The position numbers and the translations under genes were made by a program. 64,000 bases of DNA, from the NCBI GenBank assembly GCA_903928915.1, contig CAIYSL010000068.1:81005-145004 (forward strand). Reading direction: 5' to 3'. Under the pieces are notes generated by a model. The model searched no databases, was not told the DNA's origin, and saw only the letters and a program-made list of their open reading frames with translations. Each line of letters opens with the position of its first letter. Positions within the stretch are counted from its first letter, which is position 1. This DNA is from an uncultured Syntrophobacterales bacterium (lineage in GTDB: Bacteria > Desulfobacterota > Syntrophia > Syntrophales > UBA5619). Positions 46,455-54,786 of this stretch are shown one piece after another.

Positions 46455-46470
46455 TGCAAGGGAGATGCCA
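46455..46470 (-). promoter_or_regulatory. sigma-54 promoter (-24/-12) for pilZ-motA-motB
   Basis: The minus strand reads TGGCAT-CTCCC-TTGCA, an exact fit to TGGCAC-N5-TTGCW spacing with the invariant GG and GC. Lies about 120 nt upstream of the pilZ ATG. Confidence 0.6.
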
Positions 46471-46723
46471 TTTTGCGAGAGCGGTTCAATGCGCTTCCGG
46501 CGGACTGCCGCCGCGGAAGACCGCGACCACACTGCGGCGCAGGCACCCTGCGACCCACGGGGTCGTCAATAATTTGGCAATTTCGCTTGCTCCTTGACAG
46601 CATTTTCTGTGCCCCGTCTGTCCGCCGGGCCTGGTCCCGGGCGTGTCGACTCCCGTATTCCCTGTGCTGCCAGACCGTACATCCCGCACGAACGGTTCCG
46701 GAGGGGCCCATGGTATGTTCTTT

Positions 46724-46747
46724 GCAAAAGTAGGTGCAAAAGTAGGT
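46724..46747 (+). repeat. perfect tandem direct repeat, 2 x 12 bp (GCAAAAGTAGGT)
   Basis: Units at 46724-46735 and 46736-46747 are identical. They lie 43-66 nt upstream of the TPR gene ATG in the divergent intergenic region. Confidence 0.9.
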
Positions 46748-46789
46748 GTGAAAAATTATTTCCCAATTCCCGCGCAGACTGGAAAGATC

Positions 46790-48919
46790 ATGCAACAGAA
46801 CAGGAAACGAATCATCGCCGTCGCGACGCTGCTCGTGCTTCTTGCGGGGGGGCTCCGATTCGGTTCCCTCGCGGAAAGCCAGCCCGCGGCCGTCGGGTCT
46901 CCGCTGAGAAGCACTGATCCGCCCTCCCGGGACGCTGCCGATCCGGCCGCTCGCGCGGAGGAGTATCCGCTGTACAACAAGGCCTTGGGAGTCTTCGCCC
47001 GCGGAGACTACGGGAAGGCCGAGGCGCTCTTCGAGCAGATCGCGGGCCAACGGGACCTGCCTGCGGAAATCAGGGAGGACGCCTTGAGAAAATACGCGGA
47101 TTGCGCCTATCTCCAGGGGAGCGACGCGGTGACCCCTCCCTACCATAAAGCGGTGGAGTACTACAATCGCGTCCTTGCCCTGTATCCCGACCCGCGGTCG
47201 GGGAATGACCATGTGCATTACCGGCTGGCAAAGAGTTATCAGCAGATCAAGTACCATCAGGCCGCCGCGGAACAGTACCGGGAGGTAGTCGCCAAGTATC
47301 CGTCATCGCCGTACGCGCCGGAGGCCATTTTCGGCATCGGGGACATGGCCGAGAAGGGGGGGCGGTTAGAGCAGGCGCTGTACGAGTACCGTTCCTACTT
47401 GCGGGATACTACCGACGGAAAGCACGCGAAGATCGTCTCGTACATGATCGGCGATTGCTATTACTGGCTGGGCCAGACGGTGAATGCGGAGCTCTGGTTC
47501 CGCGGCTCCCTGAGAAAATGGCCCGACGTGCGGGATCTCCCGGCAAAAGTGCTGCGCGATCTCGGGTTCCATACCTACCAGATGAAACACTACCCGGAAG
47601 CGATTTCGCTGTTCGCCCTGTTCCTGAGTCTCTACCCGAAAGACGGCGACGGCCCCTACGTGATGTACAGCCTCGGTCATGCCTTTGCGGAGAAAGGACA
47701 GATCGGTTCGGCGTTGAACGTCTTTCGGAAGACGATCGACCAGTACCCCGGTACACGCGCAGCACGGGACAGCGCTGTTTCGATGATCGACCTGGAAGTG
47801 GAACGGGCACGGATTAAGGCGAAGGCGCCGGTTGCGTTCCTGGGTTATGACAGCTACCGCGACCCTCTGACGGAGTACAATCTCCTGCTGACCCAGTACC
47901 CGCAGGGTGAACTGACGGAGTACCTACTGTACCGGAAGGGAGTCACGCTCTTCAAGGGGAATAGATCCGGAGAGTCGATTCCTGCCTTCGACCGCCTGCT
48001 GTCGCTCAACCCGAAAAGCAGGTACAGCGACCTCGGGCGACGCTACCTGAAAGAGGCGGTGGCGCTGGTTGCCGATACCCACGCGAAGGACGGCAACCAC
48101 CTCGCCGTTGCGGATCTGTACTATCGCAGCTATGGCCGTCATCTGTCGGTAGGGGACGACTATCGCACCTGTTACCGCATGGCCAGAAGCCTCGTGGAGC
48201 TCGGCCTGTATGCCGACGCCCTGGTGCTGCTGAAGGAACTCGTCCCCCGGGAAAAGGACCCCGACCGCCGCGACCATCTGCGCCTGTTCATGGCGGAAAT
48301 CAACCGCCGCGAGGGGCGCGACCAGGATGCGGAAGCGATCCTGGTGGGATTGACGGAACGGGGCGATGCGAAGAGCCGGGACCTGGCGGCGAGGATCCGG
48401 CGGGATCTGGCGGGCATCTATTACCGGAGGGGTGACTGGGAAAAAGCGGTCCGCGCCTACGGCGATATCGGCCCTGCGGGACGCGCCGCGATGACGGTGC
48501 TCGACTACCAGCGGTATGCCCGGGCGCTCCATATCTCTAAGAACTATGCGCAGGCATTGAACAATTACCGCCTGTCAGCCAAGATGGCTCAGGATACTGC
48601 GGGGCACTCTTCGCCCCAGCTGGTCTCCGAGGCGTACATCGGCATGGGCGACAGTCTGTATCGGGAGAACAACTTCTCCGACGGGGTGCAGATGTATCAG
48701 CAGGCCCGTGCAGGCCTGCAGGAAAAGAGAGACCAGTGGTGGGTGGACCTGCGGATCGGACAGGGGTACACCCGGCTCAACAATCCCGAGCTGGGCGGGA
48801 AGACCTTTGACGCGGTGAAGGCCGCTGCCGCCGCGAGCGATACCTTCGCCGTGAAGATGATCGATGCCTGGAAGGCGGATGCCCTCTGGTACGAACAGAA
48901 CAAGGGGTTGGTGGAGTAA
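46790..48919 (+). CDS. large exported TPR-repeat protein
   Basis: Start at MQQNRKRIIAVATLLVLLAGG (signal/anchor). Repeated TPR/YbgF-like units (..Y..A...F..GDY..A...F...). 709 aa. Confidence 0.7.
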   Translation: MQQNRKRIIAVATLLVLLAGGLRFGSLAESQPAAVGSPLRSTDPPSRDAADPAARAEEYPLYNKALGVFARGDYGKAEALFEQIAGQRDLPAEIREDALRKYADCAYLQGSDAVTPPYHKAVEYYNRVLALYPDPRSGNDHVHYRLAKSYQQIKYHQAAAEQYREVVAKYPSSPYAPEAIFGIGDMAEKGGRLEQALYEYRSYLRDTTDGKHAKIVSYMIGDCYYWLGQTVNAELWFRGSLRKWPDVRDLPAKVLRDLGFHTYQMKHYPEAISLFALFLSLYPKDGDGPYVMYSLGHAFAEKGQIGSALNVFRKTIDQYPGTRAARDSAVSMIDLEVERARIKAKAPVAFLGYDSYRDPLTEYNLLLTQYPQGELTEYLLYRKGVTLFKGNRSGESIPAFDRLLSLNPKSRYSDLGRRYLKEAVALVADTHAKDGNHLAVADLYYRSYGRHLSVGDDYRTCYRMARSLVELGLYADALVLLKELVPREKDPDRRDHLRLFMAEINRREGRDQDAEAILVGLTERGDAKSRDLAARIRRDLAGIYYRRGDWEKAVRAYGDIGPAGRAAMTVLDYQRYARALHISKNYAQALNNYRLSAKMAQDTAGHSSPQLVSEAYIGMGDSLYRENNFSDGVQMYQQARAGLQEKRDQWWVDLRIGQGYTRLNNPELGGKTFDAVKAAAAASDTFAVKMIDAWKADALWYEQNKGLVE

Positions 48920-49011
48920 CGGTGCTAAGAGGCCCGCATACGGCGGCGGCGAGACACTGCCGAGCCGGGGGGCCGGAGAAGGATCGGCCCGGTGACAGGG
49001 CGTGAGGTGTG

Positions 49012-50391
49012 ATGGAGAGGACGAAGATTCTGCTCGTCGATGATGAACCGGCCATGCGCTCGGTGCTGGCGGACAGCCTGTCCGGGTGCGGCTACGAGAT
49101 CGAGACGGCGGAAAGCGGAACCGAAGCCCTGCGCAAGTTCCCCGCGGGAGGGTATGCGGCCGTGATCACCGACGTGCGGATGCCGAAGACGACGGGGCTG
49201 GAGGTCCTCAAGGGGGTGAAGAAGATATCCCCGCAGACCCCGGTCATCGTGATCACCGCCTTCGGGACCGTGAACACGGCGGTCGAAGCGATGAAGGAAG
49301 GGGCGGCGGACTTCCTGATGAAACCGTTCGCCCTGGAGCAGATGGAGATGGCGGTGCGGAGCGTCGTTCCGCCGTCGCTCCCGGAACGGGGGGAGGCCCC
49401 CCCCGCCGAAAAATTGACGGAGCCGGGGGGAGGACGAATCGTCACCCGCGACAAGAAGGTTCTGGCCATTCTGGCAATGCTCGAACGGGTGGCGCAGAGC
49501 AAGTCGAGCATCCTGATCCAGGGGGAAAGCGGCACGGGAAAGGAGCTCTTTGCCCGCCATGTCCATCGGCTGAGCAATCGAAGTTCCCTCCCCTTTGTCG
49601 CCGTGAACTGCGCCGCCATCCCGCACCACCTGCTCGAGAGCGAGATGTTCGGGTATGAGAAAGGCGCGTTCACCGGGGCCAGCCAGCGGAAACTCGGCAA
49701 ATTCGAACTGGCCGATTCAGGGACGCTGCTGCTGGATGAGATCGGAGAGATGGATATCCAGCTGCAGGCGAAGCTGCTGCGGGTCATCCAGGAAGGGGAG
49801 GTCGACCGGGTCGGCGGCCACGAGCCTGTCCCCGTGGACGTGCGGATCATCGCCACGACCAACGCCGACCTCCTGCAGGGCATCGAGGAGAAGCGATTCC
49901 GGAGCGATCTGTACTACCGGCTGAATGTCGTCCCGATCAGGGTGCCCCCCCTGCGCGAGCGAAACGGCGATGTGGATCTGCTGAGCGAGTTCTTCCTGAC
50001 AAAATTCAGCCGCCAAAACCGCTGCCCTAAGCCGCGTCTGTCCGCCGATGCGCTCGCCTTGCTGAGGGCGCACACCTGGCCCGGAAACGTCCGCGAACTG
50101 GAGAACGTCATCGAGCGGGCTGTGCTGCTGTGCGTCGGCGGCAGCATCACGCCGGCTGACCTCTGCCTGGAAGAGGTCACCCCGCCGGAGCCTCGGCAGG
50201 ACCAATCGTCCGAGGATCAGGAACCGGCAGCCGGGCAGGGGATGACCCTCCGGGCAATGGAAAAGAATCTCATCTTCGAGACGCTGCAATCGGTCAACGG
50301 GAATAAGACCCGTGCTTCCCAGATGTTGGGGGTCAGTGTGCGCACGATCCGCAACAAGCTCAACGAGTACCAGATGGAGAATTTGTGGTGA
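49012..50391 (+). CDS. sigma-54-dependent response regulator (FlbD/FleR/FlrC-like flagellar activator candidate)
   Basis: REC (ILLVDDEP...VITDVRMPKTTG...MKPF), AAA+ domain with GESGTGKE and EKGAFTGA, C-terminal Fis-type HTH (ASQMLGVSVRTIRNKL). Sits directly upstream of flgB. Confidence 0.9.
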   Translation: MERTKILLVDDEPAMRSVLADSLSGCGYEIETAESGTEALRKFPAGGYAAVITDVRMPKTTGLEVLKGVKKISPQTPVIVITAFGTVNTAVEAMKEGAADFLMKPFALEQMEMAVRSVVPPSLPERGEAPPAEKLTEPGGGRIVTRDKKVLAILAMLERVAQSKSSILIQGESGTGKELFARHVHRLSNRSSLPFVAVNCAAIPHHLLESEMFGYEKGAFTGASQRKLGKFELADSGTLLLDEIGEMDIQLQAKLLRVIQEGEVDRVGGHEPVPVDVRIIATTNADLLQGIEEKRFRSDLYYRLNVVPIRVPPLRERNGDVDLLSEFFLTKFSRQNRCPKPRLSADALALLRAHTWPGNVRELENVIERAVLLCVGGSITPADLCLEEVTPPEPRQDQSSEDQEPAAGQGMTLRAMEKNLIFETLQSVNGNKTRASQMLGVSVRTIRNKLNEYQMENLW

Positions 50392-50393
50392 AA

Positions 50394-50409
50394 CGGTACA
50401 TGCCTTGCA
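50394..50409 (+). promoter_or_regulatory. sigma-54 promoter candidate for flgB...ylxF-like
   Basis: CGGTAC-ATGCC-TTGCA with correct GG/GC spacing. Starts 3 nt after the activator stop, 34 nt before the flgB ATG. Confidence 0.45.
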
Positions 50410-50442
50410 TGCCATCGCCTGCAAGAGGGAGGACGGGGTGTC

Positions 50443-50811
50443 ATGGAACTGTTTGATCGGACCATACAGCGGTTGTCGGCCATGGCGGACTTTCGTGCGC
50501 AGCGCCATAAGGTCATCGTTTCGAACGTTACCAATATCGATGTCCCGCAGTATCGGGCCAAGGAGTTGAATTTCCCCGGCGCGCTGGACGACGCCCTGGG
50601 CGGGGGGAAGGGGCTCGCCAGGACCGACGGTCGGCACCTTGCCGGCTCGGCCGGTACCGGGAACCACGAGGTCGTGGACACGGCGGAGCGGGTGAAGCTC
50701 GACCGCGAGATGGGTAACCTGGCGGAGAATCAGCTGATGTATTCCATGACGATCGAAATGCTGGCGAGAAAATTTCGCGGGCTGAGCACTGTTCTGAAGG
50801 AGGCGAAGTAA
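50443..50811 (+). CDS. flgB: flagellar basal-body rod protein FlgB
   Basis: 122 aa. RHKVIVSNVTNIDVPQYRAKEL and C-terminal EMGNLAENQLMY. Confidence 0.9.
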   Translation: MELFDRTIQRLSAMADFRAQRHKVIVSNVTNIDVPQYRAKELNFPGALDDALGGGKGLARTDGRHLAGSAGTGNHEVVDTAERVKLDREMGNLAENQLMYSMTIEMLARKFRGLSTVLKEAK

Positions 50812-50812
50812 C

Positions 50813-51238
50813 ATGGACTTTTCCGTACCGTTCAAAATCTGCTCCTCCGGTCTGGCGGCGCAGCGCGCCAGGATGGACGTCATCACCAGCAACCTGGCGA
50901 ACGTGGGCACTACGAGAACCCCCGAAGGGGGGCCCTACAAGCGCAAAGAGGTCGTGCTGGGATCGGAGAATGCGGTGACCGAATTCAGCGATCGCCTGCA
51001 GGGGGTGCTGCAGACGGTCGAGGTCAAGGAAATCGCCGAGGACAAGAACGGCGTGAAGTTGATCTACGACCCGTCGCATCCCGATGCCGACGAAAAAGGG
51101 TTCGTAGCCATGCCGAACGTCAACGTGGTGCTCGAAATGGCCGAGATGATCAACGTGAACCGGTCCTACGAGGCCTGCGCCACCGCCTTCGATGCCACCA
51201 AGAATATGGCGTTAAAAGCGATCGACCTTGGCAAGTAG
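50813..51238 (+). CDS. flgC: flagellar basal-body rod protein FlgC
   Basis: SSGLAAQRARMDVITSNLANVGTTRTPEGGPYKRK and C-terminal VNVVLEMAEMINVNRSYEA. Confidence 0.95.
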   Translation: MDFSVPFKICSSGLAAQRARMDVITSNLANVGTTRTPEGGPYKRKEVVLGSENAVTEFSDRLQGVLQTVEVKEIAEDKNGVKLIYDPSHPDADEKGFVAMPNVNVVLEMAEMINVNRSYEACATAFDATKNMALKAIDLGK

Positions 51239-51270
51239 AAATCGGCTGAGCCGTGCGGGAGGATGAAGGT

Positions 51271-51576
51271 ATGGGCGATCTCATAATCGGAGGAAGGGCG
51301 GGGCAGCCGTTGTCCGTTCCGTCCGGGCGGGGTCTGGCGGCGCCGAAGACTGCACCGGGGGGGTTCGGGACGATCCTCCAGGGGATGATCAAGGACGTCG
51401 ACAATCTGCATGGCCAGGCGAATCAAGCGATCACGAAGGTGCAGACGGCGGAATCGGGGAGTATTCACGAAGCGATGATCGCCATGGAGAAGGCGGATAT
51501 CGCATTCCGCACGATGATGCAGGTGCGGAACAAACTGCTGGAAGCCTATCAGGAAGTGATGAGATTGCAGGTGTAG
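51271..51576 (+). CDS. fliE: flagellar hook-basal body protein FliE
   Basis: ATG at 51271 follows a GGGAGG RBS; the track ORF begins at an upstream GTG (51253). C-terminus IHEAMIAMEKADIAFRTMMQVRNKLLEAYQEVMRLQV. Confidence 0.85.
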   Translation: MGDLIIGGRAGQPLSVPSGRGLAAPKTAPGGFGTILQGMIKDVDNLHGQANQAITKVQTAESGSIHEAMIAMEKADIAFRTMMQVRNKLLEAYQEVMRLQV

Positions 51577-51577
51577 G

Positions 51578-53128
51578 ATGGAGCCACGTCAACTGTTAGC
51601 GAATATCGGACGGGCCTTCGGCGGGTTGACAGCGGCCAGGAAGGTTTCCCTGATCGTTGCGACCTGTCTGACCCTCGCCGGCATCTGGGGGATGGTGGCC
51701 CTTTCCAATCGCGCCGAGTACCGCGTCCTGTTCGCCCACCTGTCCGCCGAGGATGCCGGCAGCATCGTCGACCGGCTGAAGGAAAGCAAAGTCCCCTTTG
51801 AGATCAACCGGGCGGGCGATGCCATTTCGGTCCCTGAGGAAAAGGTGGCGGAGCTCCGCCTGGAGATGGCGACGGCCGGTCTGCCCCGCGGGGGCGGGGT
51901 GGGGTTTGAAATCTTCGACCAGAAGATGAAATTCGGCGCCACCGAGTTCGAACAGCAGCTCAACTATCGGCGCGCACTGCAGGGGGAGCTGGCGCGGACG
52001 ATCGGGAGCATGGAAGAGGTTCAGCAGGTGCGGGTCCACATCGCGCTCCCCAAGGACTCGCTGTTCGTGGAAGAGCAGAGGAAGACCACCGCATCCGTCA
52101 CGCTGAAGCTGAAGTCTGGCCGGTCTCTGCGTCCCCCGCAGATAGACGGAATCGCCCATCTCGTGGCCAGCAGCGTCGAGGGGCTCAGCCCCGAGAACGT
52201 CATCGTCGTCGACAACCGGGGGACGATTCTGTCCCGGCCGACAGGCGACCCGAAGTTCATGCGGGCGACGGCCTCGCAGATGGAATACCAGCAGAACCTG
52301 GAAAAGGAGTTCGCCGGCCGCATCCAATCCATGCTGGAGAACGTGGTCGGTCAGGGCAAGGCGGTCGTCCGAGTGGCCGCCGACCTCGATTTCCGCGTGA
52401 CCGAAAAGGTGGAGGAGACCTACGACTCGGAGGCGCCGGTGGTCAGGAGCCTCCAACGGCAGTCGGAGAAGTCCGGCGTCCCGGAGGGGGCGAAAGGGGC
52501 GGGTTCCCCGGCGCCGCAGGAGCGGGAAAAAGTCAATGAGGTGGTCAACTACGAGATCAATAAGGTCGTCAACAAGACGGTGCTGCCCGTCGGCGAGGTG
52601 AAAAAACTGTCGATCGCCGTGCTCGTCGACGGGATCTACCAGAAGGACGCGCAGGGCAAGGAGGCCTATCAGCCCCGCGATAAGAAGGAAGTCGAGGCGC
52701 TGGAGGACCTGGTGCGGAAGTCGATCGGGGTCAACGCGGCGCGCGGCGACCAGGTGGCGGTAAGCAGCATGCCCTTCAAGAGGCTGCCCGATGAGGGGCT
52801 GGCGGAGCCCGCGCCCTGGTGGGAAAAGCTGCTCGTGTTCGCACCGCTGATGAAGTACGCAGGCACGCTGCTCATCCTCGCGCTGGTGGTGCTGTTCATC
52901 CTCCGTCCCGCCGTCCGCGGACTGATCGCCGTCCTTGGACAGCGGGCCGAGGAGCCGGTCCCGGTTCCGCAGCTGTCCGTCGCGGAGGGGGAGCGGCGGC
53001 GGGAACTCCCCCCGCTTACGTACACGGAGCCGGATCAGAAGACGCTGACGGACGGCGAGATGGTCCGGCAGCTGGCAATGGCTGATTCAAAGAAGTTTGC
53101 GGAATTACTCAGAAACTGGATAAAGTAA
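51578..53128 (+). CDS. fliF: flagellar MS-ring protein FliF
   Basis: 516 aa. N-terminal TM, YRVLF..L...DA..IV..L......Y, RQLNYRRALQGELARTI, second TM near the C-terminus. Confidence 0.95.
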   Translation: MEPRQLLANIGRAFGGLTAARKVSLIVATCLTLAGIWGMVALSNRAEYRVLFAHLSAEDAGSIVDRLKESKVPFEINRAGDAISVPEEKVAELRLEMATAGLPRGGGVGFEIFDQKMKFGATEFEQQLNYRRALQGELARTIGSMEEVQQVRVHIALPKDSLFVEEQRKTTASVTLKLKSGRSLRPPQIDGIAHLVASSVEGLSPENVIVVDNRGTILSRPTGDPKFMRATASQMEYQQNLEKEFAGRIQSMLENVVGQGKAVVRVAADLDFRVTEKVEETYDSEAPVVRSLQRQSEKSGVPEGAKGAGSPAPQEREKVNEVVNYEINKVVNKTVLPVGEVKKLSIAVLVDGIYQKDAQGKEAYQPRDKKEVEALEDLVRKSIGVNAARGDQVAVSSMPFKRLPDEGLAEPAPWWEKLLVFAPLMKYAGTLLILALVVLFILRPAVRGLIAVLGQRAEEPVPVPQLSVAEGERRRELPPLTYTEPDQKTLTDGEMVRQLAMADSKKFAELLRNWIK

Positions 53129-53144
53129 GCGGGTACCAGCAGCC

Positions 53145-54143
53145 ATGACGAATGAAGAAAAGGCCGCCATCATTCTGCTGTCCTTCGACGAGGATGTTGC
53201 CGCCGCGGTGATGAGCAATCTGCGTCCGTCGGAGATCCGCCGGCTGGGGAAATACATGAGCCGGATCACCTCCATCCCGGGCGAAACCCTCAACAGCGTG
53301 GCCAGGGAGTTCTGCTCTTTTTCGCGCGAAAAGGGGGGGATGATCGCGGTGGCCGAGGACAGCATAAAGAACATCGTCACCAAGGCGCTGGGCGAGAAAG
53401 GGGCCGACGAACTGCTCCAGGAGGTGGCCAACAGCGCCGCGGGAGACAACCCGATCATCGAAAAATTGCGGGACGTGGACCCGAAGCTGCTCGTCGATTT
53501 CACGCGGACGGAGCACCCGCAGACGATTGCCCTGATCCTGGCCCATCTCAGCCCGGAACAGGCCGCGCAGATCCTCGATAATTTTTCGCCGGAGATGCAG
53601 TACGAGATCACGCGCCGGATGGCCACGCTCAAGAGCGTCCCCCATGAGCTACTCGAGGTGATCGCCAAGACCCTGGAAAACGAGATCGTGGTCGGCGTGA
53701 CGACGGGCCAGGAGATCGGCGGCGTGCGGATGATCGCCGAAGTGCTGAACAAGATGGGGCGGGCCAGCGAGAGCGCGATCATGCAGGCGATGGAAGACGC
53801 GGAACCCGAGCTGGCGGCCGCCATCCGCAATCTGATGTTCACCTTCGACGACATCGTGCGGCTGGACGACCGGAGCCTGCAGGAGATCCTGCGGGAGGTG
53901 AAGTCGGAAGACCTGTCGCGGGCCATGAAGCTGGTGGATGAGGCGCTGCGGGAAAAATTCTACCGGAATATGTCGAAGCGGGGCGCCGAGATGCTCAAAG
54001 AGGACATTGAACTGATGCCTCCGACGCGGCTGTCCGAGGTGGAAGCCAGCCAGCGGACGATCATCGACATCGCCAAACGGCTGGAGGCCGAGGGGAGGAT
54101 CATGATCTCCCGGAGCGATTCGGAAGAAGATGCGTTCGTCTAG
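53145..54143 (+). CDS. fliG: flagellar motor switch protein FliG
   Basis: EKAAIILLS..ED.AA.VM..L...EI, EHPQTIALILAHL, MFTFDDI, LREVK.EDL..ALK, EKFYRNMSKRGAEMLKEDIE. Confidence 0.95.
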   Translation: MTNEEKAAIILLSFDEDVAAAVMSNLRPSEIRRLGKYMSRITSIPGETLNSVAREFCSFSREKGGMIAVAEDSIKNIVTKALGEKGADELLQEVANSAAGDNPIIEKLRDVDPKLLVDFTRTEHPQTIALILAHLSPEQAAQILDNFSPEMQYEITRRMATLKSVPHELLEVIAKTLENEIVVGVTTGQEIGGVRMIAEVLNKMGRASESAIMQAMEDAEPELAAAIRNLMFTFDDIVRLDDRSLQEILREVKSEDLSRAMKLVDEALREKFYRNMSKRGAEMLKEDIELMPPTRLSEVEASQRTIIDIAKRLEAEGRIMISRSDSEEDAFV

Positions 54144-54786
54144 CAAAGTGATAAAGGCCGCGGCCGTCAAGATCGATCGGGATCATTCCCTGCGCCACCT
54201 CACGCAGGAGGGCCGAACGGAGGGAAGCGACCCGCAATCCGCTCGTCCTGCGGCGGAGCCGTCACCCTCCGAGAAGGCGGAAAAGGCAACAGCTATCCGC
54301 CAGGAGGCCTATGATCTGGGGATGGCCGAGGGGCTGAAGCGGGGCGTGGCGCAGCAGAAGCAGGAGTTCGCCAAGCTCGCGAATACGCTCTCGGGACTGA
54401 TCGCCGAGTTGACGCGGGAGAGAAAGGAATCCCTCGACCGGATGGAGAAAGAGGCTCTGCGGCTTGCCTTCGCGATCGCGGAGAAGATCCTCAACCATCA
54501 AATCGAGACCGACCGGGACGCCATCGGCCACGTTCTGACGGGCGCCCTGAAAAAATGCGTCAACCGTGAGGGGATCCGGATTCATCTTCATCCCGACGAC
54601 TACCGATACCTGACGGAGGTCAGGGCCGGCGCCTTTCCGGGGCTGGAGGGGATAAAGAGCGCCCTGCTGGAAGCGGATGCGACAATCCGCCGGGGGGGCG
54701 CCGTTATCGAGTCCGCATTCGGAGAGGTGGATGCCCGGCTGGAACAGCAACTGAGCGAATTGAAGGGGGCACTGTCCGGTCAGTGA
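54130..54786 (+). CDS. fliH: flagellar assembly protein FliH
   Basis: 218 aa positioned between fliG and fliI. Coiled-coil region, then a FliH/YscL-like C-terminus (IHLHPDDYRYL...GGAVIESAFGEVDARLEQQL). Confidence 0.8.
   Translation: MRSSSKVIKAAAVKIDRDHSLRHLTQEGRTEGSDPQSARPAAEPSPSEKAEKATAIRQEAYDLGMAEGLKRGVAQQKQEFAKLANTLSGLIAELTRERKESLDRMEKEALRLAFAIAEKILNHQIETDRDAIGHVLTGALKKCVNREGIRIHLHPDDYRYLTEVRAGAFPGLEGIKSALLEADATIRRGGAVIESAFGEVDARLEQQLSELKGALSGQ

Noticed and set aside
46575-46590. TGGCAA-tttcgc-TTGCT, a sigma-54-like element upstream of the TPR gene
   Set aside because: The GG-to-GC spacing is one nucleotide too long (11 instead of 10 intervening nt), and it lies about 200 nt from the ATG. 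It is not called as a promoter.
46337-47257. N-terminal 307 codons of the 491-aa track ORF ending in the PilZ domain
   Set aside because: The upstream part is Arg/Gly/Ser-rich without motifs and overlaps the TPR gene start and the intergenic repeats. A GAGGAG RBS and an ATG at 46336 plus a sigma-54 promoter at 46455-46470 define a 184-aa PilZ protein.
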